NCBI GenBank assembly: GCA_002269645.1
Contig: NIVC01002427.1
Location: forward strand, 1 to 64,000
Direction of reading: 5' to 3'
Length of the DNA: 64,000 nt
Origin: Macrostomum lignano
Taxonomy: Eukaryota
In this document: one piece after another, positions 11,648 through 23,222 of the stretch
Layout of the letters: every line of letters starts with the position of its first letter
Numbering within the stretch: the stretch's first letter is position 1
The notes under the pieces: generated by a model
What the model was told of the DNA's origin: nothing
Seen by the model: only the letters and a program-made list of their open reading frames with translations
Database searches by the model: none
Made by a program: the position numbers and the translations under genes

Positions 11648-12880
11648 TCCTAAACTACCCCAGATAGACACCCCTAAACTACCCCAGATAGACACCCCTA
11701 AACTACCCCAGAAAGACACCCCTAAACTAACTCAGATAGACACCCCTAAACTACTCCAGATAGACACCCCTAAACTACCCCAGATAGACACCCCTAAACT
11801 ACCCCAGATAGACACCCCTAAACTACCCCAGATAGACACCCCTAAACTACCCCAGATAGACACCCCTAAACTAACTCAGATAGACACCCCTAAACTACCC
11901 CAGATAGACACCCCTAAACTAACTCAGATAGACACCCCTAAACTACCCCAGATAGACACCCCTAAACTACCCCAGATAGATACCCCTAAACTACCCCAGA
12001 TAGACACCCCTAAACTACCCCAGATAGATACCCCTAAACTACCCCAGATAGACACCCCTAAACTACCCCAGATAGATACCCCTAAACTACCCCAGATAGA
12101 TACCCCTAAACTACCCCAGATAGATACCCCTAAACTACCCCAGATAGATACCCCTAAACTACCCCAGATAGATACCCCTAAACTACCCCAGATAGATACC
12201 CCTAAACTACCCCAGATAGACACCCCTAAACTACCCCAGATAGACACCCCTAAACTACCCCAGATAGACACCCCTAAACTAACTCAGATAGACACCCCTA
12301 AACTACCCCAGATAGACACCCCTAAACTACCCCAGATAGACACCCCTAAACTACCTCAGATAGACACCCCTAAACTACCCCAGATAGACACCCCTAAACT
12401 ACCTCAGATAGACACCCCTAAACTACCCCAGATAGACACCCCTAAACTACTTCAGAAAGACACCCCTAAACTACCCCAGAGAATCACCCTAAACTACCCC
12501 AGAGAATCACCCTAAACTACCCCAGAGAATCACCCAAAACTACCCCAGAGAATCACCCTAAACTACCCCAGAGAATCACCCTAAACTACCCCAGAGAATC
12601 AACCCTAAACTACCCCAGAGAATCAACCCTAAACTACCCCAGAGAATCACCCTAAACTACCCCAGAGAATCAACCCTAAACTACCCCAAAGAATCACCCT
12701 AAACTACCCCAGAGAATCACCCTAAACTACCCCAGAGAATCAACCCTAAACTACCCTAGAGAATCAACCCTAAACTACCCTAGAGAATCAACCCTAAACT
12801 ACCCCAGAGAATCACCCATAAACTACCCCAGAGAATCACCCCTGAACTTCCCCAGGGAATCACCCATAAACTACCGAACT
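11648..12880. repeat. 24-bp minisatellite (CCCTAAACTACCCCAGATAGACAC) switching to a GAGAATCA(A)C variant at about 12480
   Basis: Tandem units; produces the artefactual IDTPKLPQ ORF. Confidence 0.95.
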
Positions 12881-13055
12881 AGCAAGCAATCATTGTTTTA
12901 TCCTTTCAGATAGCCTGAGCTCACTTTTCTCTCAGTCTCATCGGCGAGGAAGCACCCCTTTCCGCCATTGCCGTCGGCATTCGAAAAAAGCATTATCCCC
13001 TATTTTGTTTTTATAATCCCCAAAACTTCGCTTCAATAAATTAAAGCATTCCGCC

Positions 13056-16000
13056 ATGGATTCGAAACCGTCCTCGAAACTCAACTGTCGTCACTGCGGC
13101 AGCTCGGAGATCAACGAAGATCGAAGACGAGGCGACACAGTCTGCATGAACTGCGGCGCTGTGCTCGAGGAGGGTATGATTGTTAACGAGGTGGAGTTTC
13201 AGGACAGCGCCGCTGGCAGTGCTCAGGTTGGTTGTGTGCTTGCTTGTTAGTCCTGCTAGTGGATTGGAGGGTCGATAGGAAGTCAGACAGGAGAGTAGAT
13301 GTTCGAGTAGACAGGAGAGTAGATGTTGGAGTGTAGACAAGAGAGTAGATGTTGGAGCGGACAGAAGAGTAGATGTTGGAGTAGACAGGTGAGTAGTTGT
13401 TGGAGTAGACAGAAGAGTAGTTGTTGGAGTAGACAGAAAAGTAGATGTTGGAGTAGACAGAAAAGTAGATATTGGAGTAGACAGAAAAGTAGATGTTGGA
13501 GTAGACAGAAAAGTAGATGTTGGAGTAGACAGAAAAGTAGATGTTCGAGTAGACAGGAGAGTAGATGTTGGAGTGTCAAGAGAGTAAATGTTGGAGTGTA
13601 GACAAGAGAGTAGATGTTGGAGTAGACAGAAAAGTAGATGTTGGAGTAGACAGAAAAGTAGATGTTGGAGTAGACAGAAAAGTAGATATTGGAGTAGAAC
13701 GGAGAGTAAATATTAGATAAGAAGAAGAGTAGATGTTGGAGTAGAAAGGAGAGTAGATAGTACAGTTGATGTTGGAGTAGAATGAGAGTAGATAGGATAG
13801 ACAGGAGAGTAGATGTTGAGTAGAGGATAGAAAAGTAGACATGAAGTACTATAGACTAGTTAACAGAGTAGATGTAAAAAAATCTATAAAAGTACATCAG
13901 AGGAAATTGCTGTTGTGTGGCCTTGACTGCCCTTCCTGCCCTTCTCAAAAATATCCCAACTCCCACGCAGGTGATCGGACAGTTCATGGCCAATGACTCG
14001 TCCGGTTTCCTGCCGGGCAGCGCCAGTCTGGCCAGTAAGCTGGGCTTCCAGCGCGAGTCGCGACAGCTCACACTGAACAATGCGCGCCGCCGGCTGCAAC
14101 AGGTTGGCGGCCAGTTGCGCCTGACGCAGCACCAGATTGACATGGCCTATAATTTCTATCGGACAATATTGAACCGCGGCTGGACTCGAGGCCGGAAGGT
14201 GAATTACGTTATTGCCGCTTGCTTGTATATTGTCTGCCGGACTGAGGGCACGCATCATATGCTGCTGGATTTGAGCGACCTGCTGCAGGTTTGTGTGGCC
14301 AATTTTACTTTTTGCGTGTTTTTTAGTTGCTTGATTTAGTGAGCATTGGGTCCTTGTTGCATTCAAGCTGGGTCTTTGTTGCATTCAAGTCACTGTTTCT
14401 CGGGTCCTTGTAGCAGTTAAGTCACTGCTTCTTGGGTCTTTGTAGCATTTTGGTCACTGCTTCTTGGGTCTTTGTAGCATTTTGGTCACTGCTTCTCGGG
14501 TCTTTGTAGCATTTAGGTCAATGCTTTTTGGGTCTTTGTAGCATTAGGTCACTGCTTCTTTGGTCTTAGTAGCATTTTTGGTCACTGCTTCTTGGGTCTT
14601 TGTAGCATTTTGGTCACTGCTTCTTGGGTCTTTGTAGCATTTTGGTCACTGCTTCTCGGGTCTTTGTAGCATTTAGGTCAATGCTTTTTGGGTCTTTGTA
14701 CCATTAGGTCACTGCTTCTTTGGTCTTAGTAGCATTTTTGGTCACTGCTTCTTGGGTCTTTGTAGCATTTTGGTCACTGCTTCTTGGGTCTTTGTAGAAT
14801 TTAGGTCACTGCTTTTGAGGTCTTTGTAGCATTTTTGGTCACTGCTTCTTGGGTCTTTGTAGCATTTTGGTCACTGCTTCTTGGGTCTTTGTAGAATTTA
14901 GGTCACTGCTTTTGAGGTCTTTGTAGCATTTTTGGTCACTGCTTCTTGGGTCTTTGTAGCATTTTGGTCACTGCTTCTTGGGTCTTTGTAGAATTTAGGT
15001 CACTGCTTTTGAGGTCTTTGTAGCGTTTAAGTCACTGCGTCATTGTTACCTGGCCATTTGTAAATCACCTTGGCTTAAGTCTTTGTAAGTCAATTTTTCC
15101 TCAGGTCTTTATAGCGGGTAGATAATCATTCTCATTTCCCGGGTCTTTGTAGTGTTTGTTAGAATAGCCAATCCCCTAAAGTCTTTGTTGCCTGCTAAAG
15201 GTCAACTACCAGCTGTTTCTTTGCATTATTCTTACACCGCTCCTACTCCAGGTAAATGTGTACGTTCTGGGCCGCAGCTACACTGAGATAGCCAAGCGCC
15301 TGTGCATCAACATCCCAGCTCTGGATCCGTGCCTCTATATTCAACGATTCGCTCAGAAATTGGAGTTCGGCGACAAGTCCAGAGAGGTGGAAACCACCGC
15401 AATGCGACTGCTGCAGCGGATGAAGAAGGACTGGATTGCGGTGGGCAGGCGGCCGGCTGGCCTGGCCGCATCGGCCCTGCTGGTTGCCGGGCGGTTGCAT
15501 AACTATAATCGGACTGTTGAGGATGTAGCCAGGTTTGTGATTTTATCTCTGAATTCTGTTTTATTACCCCATTGGGATATTTGTACCTGACACTGTGCTC
15601 AAGATCCCCTATTGGGATATTTGTGTCTGACACTGTGCTCATGATCCCCTATTGGGATATTTGTGTGTCTGACACTGTACTTAAGATCCCCTATTGGGAT
15701 ATTTGTGTGTCTGACACTGTACTTAAGATCCCCTATTGGGATATTTGTGTCTGACACTGTGCTCAAGATCCCCTATTGGGATATTTGTATCTGACAGTGT
15801 TCAAGATCCCCTTATTGGGATATTTGTGTCTGACACTGCGCTCAAGATCCCCTATTGGGATATTTGTGTCTGTGTCTGACACTGTACTCAAGATCCCCAA
15901 TTATCCCCCATTGTGATATTTGTATCTGACACTGTTTTAAAGATCGACTATTGGGATACTTGTACCTGACACTGTGCTCAAGATCCCCTATTGGGATATT

Positions 16001-19000
16001 TGGTCAAATCCAAAGCCGCCCAAACCCGCCACAGAATCGCCAAGATCAGCGAGCAGACGGCGCGCAAGCGGCTGCAGGAGTTCGCCAAAACGCCCAGCTC
16101 CACCCTCACTATCGAGGAGTTTCTAAGCGTTGACTATGAAGGGGAGCACGATCCGCCCGCCTTCTTGGAGGGCCTCAAGCGGGCCACCACCGACCGGGAT
16201 GAGACCGATATGGACCGGATGTGCCAGGAGGTCGGCGAACTGGAGGCCCTCATCGATAGGGAGATGGAGAAGCTGCAGGTAAGAGTAGCCAGCCTCTCAG
16301 ATCCTCAGTTGCTGGGCCAGCTTCCCAGATCCTCAGCCTCCCTTAGTTGCGGAGCCAGCCTCCCAGATCCTCAGTTGCTGGACCAGCCTCCCAAATCCTC
16401 AGTTGCTGGGCCAGCCTCCCAGATCCTCAGTTGCTGGGCCAGCCTCCCAGAGTGTCAGTTGCTGGGCCAGCCTCCCAGATCCTCAGTTGCTGGGCCAGCC
16501 TCCCAGAGTGTCAGTTGCTGGGCCAGCCTCCCAGATCCTCAGTTGCTGGGCCAGCCTCCCAGATCCTCAGTTGCTGGGCCAGTCTCCCAGATCCTCAGTT
16601 GCTGGGCCAGTCTCCCAGATCCTCAGTTGCTGGGCCAGTCTCCCAGATCCTCAGTTGCTGGGCCAGTCTCCCAGATCCTCAGTTGCTGGTCCAGTCTCCC
16701 AGATCCTCAGTTGCTGGGCCAGCCTCCCAGATCCTCAGTTGCTGGGCCAGCCTCCCAGATCCTCAGTTGCTGGGCCAGCCTCTCAGATCCTCAGTTGCTG
16801 GACAGCCTACCAGCTACTCAAGCTATGCAGATAAAATCCAAGATTCACTCCACCGCACCCCAGGAGCGCCGAGTTCGCGGCATCGTCTCCGGTCTATTCG
16901 TAGTCGCTGGAACCGGCACCGCGGCGTCGACCTCTTCAGCAACGGCTGGCCAGCAGCCATCGACACCGGCAGAGCCGGCGGCCGCAGAAAAGCCAGACGT
17001 AAAGCCCGACGCTGCCGCTCAGTTTCTGTTGAACTGCGACGATGCCGAAGTGAATCTGAGCGCCCGGCACGTTCTGAAAGACGCCCTGGAAGGCGTTGTC
17101 GATGCCGAAGAGCTGGAATGCTGCGTCGACGATCTTCATCAGGCTGTCGGCGCTGGACCATCGTCTCAGCAGCAACAGGAGCAACAGCAGCCTCAGACTT
17201 CGTCGAGTTCTTTGACTAGATCTGCTGGTCACGGCGTCGACCATATGATGGCTGCCGTTGGTATCGACATGAAGCCGGCATTGAGTTCGCTCGCTCAGGC
17301 GCCTGGCATTATAACAAAATCTGAGTGTTACACTTCCATAGAAACTAAGGTATTGGCTCTTTGATTTGGAAAAATTATTGCCACTTTTAGATACTGGCTC
17401 CAGTTTTCCGAAGTCATATCGTGTTTTTGATAGCTTTTAACTTCCTGCAATGGAACCTGGTCCATTTCAAGGTCTCAAACTGGAACACTTCGAGGTCTTT
17501 GAGACTGTTGCGGTTGCTTCCAATGTCCTTCAAATGTCCTTATTGGTGTCTGGTTCCTTCCAATGTCCTTCAAATGTCCTTCATTGGTGTCTGATTGATT
17601 GATTCCCATATCCTTTGTAGGTATCCGGTTGATTCCAATGTCCTTCATTAGTGTCTGATTGATTCCCATATCCTTCATTGGTGTCTGGTTTCTTCCAATG
17701 TTCTTCAAATGTCCTTCATTGGTGTCTGGTTTCTTCCAATGTTCTTCAAATGTCCTTCATTGGTGTCTGGTTTCTTCCAATGTTCTTCAAATGTCCTTCA
17801 TTGGTGTCTGGTTTCTTCCAATGTTCTTCAAATGTCCTTCATTGGTGTCTGGTTTCTTCCAATGTCCTTCAAATTTCATTCGTTGGTGTCTGGTTTCTTC
17901 CAATATCCTTCATTGGTGTCTGGTTTCTTCCAATGTCCTTCATTGGTGTCTGATTGATTCCCATATCCTTTGTAGGTGTCCGGTTGATTCCAATGTCCTT
18001 CAAATATCCTTCATTGGTGTCTGGTTTCTTCTAATGTTCTTCAAATATCCTTCATTGGTGTCTGGTTTCTTCCAATGTCCTTCAAATGTCCTTCATTGGT
18101 GTCTGGTTTCTTCCAATGTCCTTCAAATGTCCTTCATTGTTGTTTGGTTACTTCCAATGTTCTACGTAGAATGTATATGTATACAAATGTCCCTTCGTTG
18201 GTGTCTGGTTTCTTCCAATGTCCTTCAAATGTCCTTAATTGTTTCCTGGTTGCTTCCAATGTCCTTAATTGGTGTCTGGTTGGTCCTAATGTCCTTCAAA
18301 TGTCCTTCATTGTTGTCTGTCCAACTTTGTCCAGTTGCTTTCAGTGTTCACCAGCGGTCTGATTGCTTTCACAGGCTTTAATTGTAGAGCATTTTTGCTC
18401 ACTTATTTAATTCTCAGCCGTTCTTGGCGCCAACGGACGACGCTGCCAACGACGGTGAGTTGAGTCTCGAAGGCATCGACGATGAGGAGCTGGAGCGGGA
18501 GTACCTGCTCAGCCGGCGAGAGGTGCTGATTAAAGCGCGCGACTGGTACCGGCGCAACGCCGACTGGCTGCGCGACACCGAGAAGCGTCGGGCGAAGCTG
18601 GCCGCTGTCGCCGCTGCCGCAGCCGCCGCCGCTTCAGGCGACCCGTCTGGCGTGGGCAGCGTCGACGTTGACGACGACGTCGCTCAGCTGGCGGCCGCCG
18701 CCTCCGCCACCGCTACGTCGGCGCCGAGACGGCGAACTAAACGAACAGCCCATGCTAGCGGCATTCAAACCACTGAGCAGGCGATTGAAGTGGCAATCAG
18801 GTTTGAGTTTGGGGAGCGATTGACAGGTTTTCGGTTTGGTTCTTTTAGTGTAGATAGCGTGAATTGGCCTCTGGGTACGTGGGCTGGTTAGTATTTATGA
18901 TAGTGGCTATTTAGGCTAGTAGGTATTTAAGCTAGTGAGTATTTAGACTAGATGGTATTTAGGCTAATGGGTATCTAGACTAGTGGGTATTTAGACTAGT

Positions 19001-19856
19001 GGGTATTTAGACTAGTGGGTATTTAGACTAGTGGGTATTTAGACTAGTGGGTATTTAGAATAGTGGGTATTTAGGCTAATGGGTATCTAGACTAGTGGGT
19101 ATCTAGACTAGTGGGTATTTAGACTAGTGGGTATTTAGGCTAGTGGGTATTTAGGCTAGTGGGTATTTAGGCTAGTGGGCATCTAGGCTAGTGGGTATTT
19201 AGGCTAGTGGGTATTTAAGCTAGTGGGTCGCGTATTTAAGCATGCGCAGACGTGTGCCTTTTGAGTAGATCGCAAAAAAACTAGTCACGTGTCGCATCAA
19301 GCAGAGAAATTTACTTGCGAGATCCCTGGTCATGTAGTTATTAAAAGTACCTCTCCCTTCACCCCAATCCCTCGCCAGATCCAAGCGCTCCCTGTCCTCC
19401 AAGATCAACTACGAAGCGTTGAAACTGCTGTCTGAGCCTCTGGTCAAGCAGCAGCCAGGTGAGGAGGCTGCCGCTGCAACTGCCGACCAGCACTCGGCAC
19501 TTCCCAGTCCGGTTGCGGTGAAGCCGCCGCCAGCTGGCGATGACTTGCCTCCGCCGCCTCCGCCTGCAGTTTCCTCTGCCAACACGCCAATCGACATTGA
19601 CCATGTCGATGCTCCGTCTACATTGTCGAAACAGGCGTCGACTAGTATTGATGTCGTGTCTTCTGCTGCTCCTGTTCCTGCTCCTGTTTCTGAGCCATTC
19701 CAACAAGAATACAGTCAGATCGTTGAAGATCTAGACGATGAGGACGAGTATTACGACGACGACCCGTCTTCGAATGTAGTCCAGCTTTTACGACGCAAAG
19801 GAGCCGGCCAGTATGGCGCTGGAGCTGACGACTTTGATGACGAATGGATTGATTGA
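13056..19856 (+). CDS. BRF1: TFIIIB 90-kDa subunit BRF1, 7 exons
   Basis: Exons 13056-13226, 13971-14288, 15252-15532, 16035-16278, 16831-17349, 18418-18800 and 19379-19856, all GT-AG with consistent phases. Contains the Zn ribbon CRHC...CMNCGAVLE, cyclin repeats ([41 protein letters not shown]), DPPAF, GIDDEE and SSKINYEAL. Confidence 0.95.
13265..13860. repeat. 24-bp minisatellite (GTAGACAGAAAAGTAGATGTTGGA), BRF1 intron 1
   Basis: Tandem units. Confidence 0.9.
14345..15110. repeat. About 31-bp minisatellite (GGTCACTGCTTCTTGGGTCTTTGTAGCATTT), BRF1 intron 2
   Basis: Tandem units. Confidence 0.9.
15570..16000. repeat. About 40-bp minisatellite (GATCCCCTATTGGGATATTTGTGTCTGACACTGTGCTCAA), BRF1 intron 3
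   Basis: Tandem units with an internal ATCCC/GGGAT inverted repeat. Confidence 0.9.
16287..16805 (+). repeat. 28-bp minisatellite family A (CCCAGATCCTCAGTTGCTGGGCCAGCCT), BRF1 intron 4
   Basis: Tandem units starting about 8 nt after the donor; the same family occurs at 37862 and 56998. Confidence 0.95.
17490..18310. repeat. 30/41-bp minisatellite (TCCTTCATTGGTGTCTGGTTTCTTCCAATG +/- TTCTTCAAATG), BRF1 intron 5
   Basis: Tandem units. Confidence 0.9.
18900..19225. repeat. 16-bp minisatellite (CTAGTGGGTATTTAGA/G), BRF1 intron 6
   Basis: Tandem units. Confidence 0.9.
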
Positions 19857-20356
19857 TTAATTTCATTGTAATACCAGTCTTTCATTGTGCCTGCGGGTCA
19901 GCTGTTTTTTTCCGCAAGTGCAGATTGCACCGAAGTCAAGGGTGAATAGAATGATTTTGTATATAAAAAGGTAATGAACTACAAGCTATTATTGTATTGG
20001 ATTGTACCTGTAATGCGTTATTAATCAGCGATAAATTAATTGTAAACAGTTTCTCGCGTTTGCAATCCTAATCGGTATCGTTTTATCGTATGTAGAGGTC
20101 TTTCTACTTTAAGTAGTTTTGTTCTGTTTGATTTAAAGCTGCTAGCTGGAAGTCTTGCTGTAAAGGATTAATACAATAGTGTGTAGAAGTAGATATTAAG
20201 TAATACTACGAGTTATTACAATATAATATTTTGAATGCTTTTATATTGTTTCTTCTTTGAAACACTAATGCATGCACCTTTTGCAGCCGACGTACGCGCA
20301 AATATTGACGAGTGTAAAATACAGGATTTACAGGTGCATGCAACACTCCAATCTCG

Positions 20357-20728
20357 GGGGCCGTAGCCCAGCGGTCTAGCGCAGGCTCTGGTGTGCCAGC
20401 GACCCAGGCTCGATTCCAAGTGCAGTCACATTAATTTGGGGCTGAATTGGAATCTCGGCTTGTTGGCTCTGCTCGTGCAATTAACGGCCTTGAGAGCCAA
20501 CCCTCCAAGGCGCAGTGAAGTGTACATGCCTAACGATAAAATAAAGTTAGGTACGCTGTACACTCCTGTGTGAGTGTGTGCCTGTGCGTATGACTGTACG
20601 TATCCGCGCGCAATTGTGTGCCTGCTCAGGGGAGTCGGCGGAATGGGCAGTAATGCCTCTCGCCAGTTGTGTGCCAATGTCGCTTAAAGTGCGGCAGGGT
20701 GCACAAAGCCCCCTGCCTCTAATTAAAA
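20357..20728 (+). mobile_element. Full-length tRNA-derived SINE with 15-bp TSD
   Basis: AACACTCCAATCTCG at 20342-20356 and 20729-20743. The head GGGGCCGTAGCCCAGCGGTCTAGCG carries an A box, GGCTCGATTCC is a B box, the 3' end has a GGCAGG...CCTGCC hairpin, and there is an A-rich tail. Confidence 0.85.
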
Positions 20729-21909
20729 AACACTCCAATCTCGAGTAACTATGGCGTCCTTACTGCATTAGAAGGGACTCATGACGCACTAATAAAAAGG
20801 AGCTTATGCAAAAAACGAAGTAAAACAAATAGGAATTTATATAATTTACGATAAAACTCTAAACTCTAGACTAGTAAGCTCTAAACTACAATAACGTAAT
20901 AAGTTCCTGTGTAAAATCATATGGGAATCCAGGAATATCACAATCGGCAGTACTCTTTTTAGCTTAATTGACTTTCAAATTAACGGGCGCAGCGATTTCT
21001 GGTTTTGATAAAGAACGAATACAAAATGTGAACAACATATAGGAATGATTTTACATTTAGAGGCAGTTGGTATTTTTCTATATTGAAACACTATGTGTTG
21101 CATTCAAAATGCGATCGTACTTTCAATTTATTCTAACTCAAAGTTTTATTTCAATTTCAAACTATTTACAACTTTACGACAAAACTATTCGTAAGTTTTA
21201 TTTAAACTAACATGTTTGCAATAAGAAATGAGTTTAAACGTATAAAAATCTTGCAAAATAATCAAAAAATAACTTTTTTCTTTGTATTAAAAAATAAATT
21301 TTGTTGTACTAATTGAGAGTTTAACTACAACTTTTAACTGGTATTTGTTTCGTATAAAATTATGCGAATCTATTTTATCTGTTCATTCATTAATTGAGTC
21401 GTTTTGAGGTTTAAGCCTTTAACTTTAGACCAAAGTAGACTAAAAGACCGTTGTTATTTTATCGTATTTACTAAACGATTCTTTGCGTTAAACTCAATAT
21501 TCTACATTAAAAAACTTACAAACGCAATATCGTGAATATGTTTTACTTGTACAAGTAACTGTTATTATTCGTTTTTTGGAATCATCGTATTGCTTAAAAA
21601 GCTAGTCTTTAAAATATCCTTACACTACAGACTCACAAAGTGTCCGTGACATGGCGAAACATGGTTGTTATTTTTATGCTAAATTAAAATTACACATCGG
21701 CTATGGAAAAGCATAACTGGACTAACTGGCCTGTTTAGTTAGATATTTAATAATAAGCCTAAATAATTTATAATAAAAGTTTGGCATTTAGTTTTCTCTT
21801 TTAGTTTTTCAAAGTTTAATTTTTTTAATTTGGTAGCGATGCTTGTTTTTTTTTAAATAATAGAAAAATAAAGGCCAACACCAACATATAACTATAAGTA
21901 AATTATTAT

Positions 21910-21948
21910 AGCCAATGCATTTTGACACAAGTGGTCATCTTCAGGGCT
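21910..21948 (-). ncRNA. Decayed minimal type I hammerhead ribozyme at the Penelope terminus (probably inactive)
   Basis: Minus strand reads AGCC-CTGAAGA-T-GAC cacttgt GTC-AAAA-TGCAT-T-GGCT. Stems I and II pair. Restoring four CpGs gives GTC-GAAA-CGCGT-C-GGCT. Confidence 0.7.
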
Positions 21949-22660
21949 TGCACTCATGGTTCACAATTCCAAATATTTAAATAAATAAAGAAAATCAAAA
22001 ACTGTATAGGGAAATAGACAAATGGGTTTAGTCCAGTTGATAATTGTATATTAAGAGAAAAATAAATTAATTTTTTAGGCCATCACACAGAACAAAGAAA
22101 CAAAAGCAAACAATATTGGCAGGGAAAAAGCCACAAACCCACACCAAGCCTAGAAAACTTTGAGCTATAAACTGACTCCTCCACCTACAAGCTAAGTATT
22201 TAGACTAGATTTATGATGCTTAATGTACAAGGCTTCTAGCACTCTGAGTTTGCTAGGCTTATCAAATCTATATCTAGGCCTATCCAGAACAGTGAAAAGC
22301 TTAGTCAACTTATGCTCACAATAAGCATTACAACTAAGCAAGTGATCATGCATATGATGCATAGCAGTTATTCATTCTATGCTCCCTAGCCCTAGTGTAT
22401 AGGTGCCTTTTGGTTTTTCCTATATAGGAAATTATGTTCTGATCACCAGAGCAACAAAATTGATAGATGACATTAGCAGACAGAGCTCTAGGGGCCTTCA
22501 ACTTTAACCTGCTAACAAACTGGCCGATTTTGGCAGTCTGAAACACAACCATGACCCGAAAATTGAAATACTTCAAGAAATTTCTTTTAAGCCTCTTTTC
22601 CAGACTCAGGGATAGGACACCAAGGTCTAAAGAATAGGAGTTTGATTGGATACATGCAAA

Positions 22661-23222
22661 TTTGGCAACAAACAAATTCGGTAACAGAGATTCACAATGG
22701 ACTAATTTGGCAAAAACAAATTCGGCAACAATCTAGGCAAATTTGGGGTCACGTCTTTTTATAGCTAGTAAAAACAAGTTAAAGCAAACTACATGTAAAA
22801 AGGCTTTCTTACAATACACGTGATGAAAGTTTAAAAAATGTGAAATAATGCCCACAAAAGCATGCTAAAGGAACCAAAAAAGTGTTTTGTTAAATTGGAC
22901 ATCCTACATTTTGAGAAATCTGAGTAGTGAAAAAGGGCCATGAAAAGTGAAAAGGAAATATGAAATATGAAATTAACAAACATTTCTTGGAAAGAACTTA
23001 AAACTCAATAAGAATAAATTATAATAGATTAAACACACTTTGTTAAAAAGGGAAAGCTAATCTGCATTATAGAATACCATTCTACAAAAAGAATTATCCA
23101 AATCATAGGCAATTGTTTTTCTTTCATTAATTGTCACCAAATTTGCCTAAATTGTCGCCAAAATTGCTTTTGCCCAACTAGTCCATTGTGAATCTCTATT
23201 GCCAAATTTGTTTGTCGCCAAA
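22661..23222. mobile_element. MITE-like insert with about 88-bp imperfect terminal inverted repeats inside the Penelope ORF
   Basis: 22661-22748 is the reverse complement of 23135-23222 (shared core GAGATTCACAATGGACTA). The interior is AT-rich. No TSD identified. Confidence 0.65.

Noticed and set aside
11595-12515. 306-aa IDTPKLPQ repeat ORF
   Set aside because: It is a stop-free frame of a 24-bp minisatellite with a TTG start and no unique coding sequence.
16347-17219. Long ORFs through family A arrays (also 37723-38530 and 56967-57494)
   Set aside because: The arrays lie within GT-AG introns whose removal restores BRF1 and VPS15 in phase; the ORFs are read-through of repeats.
20357-20432. 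tRNA gene
   Set aside because: The acceptor stem does not pair, and the head continues into a SINE body flanked by a TSD.
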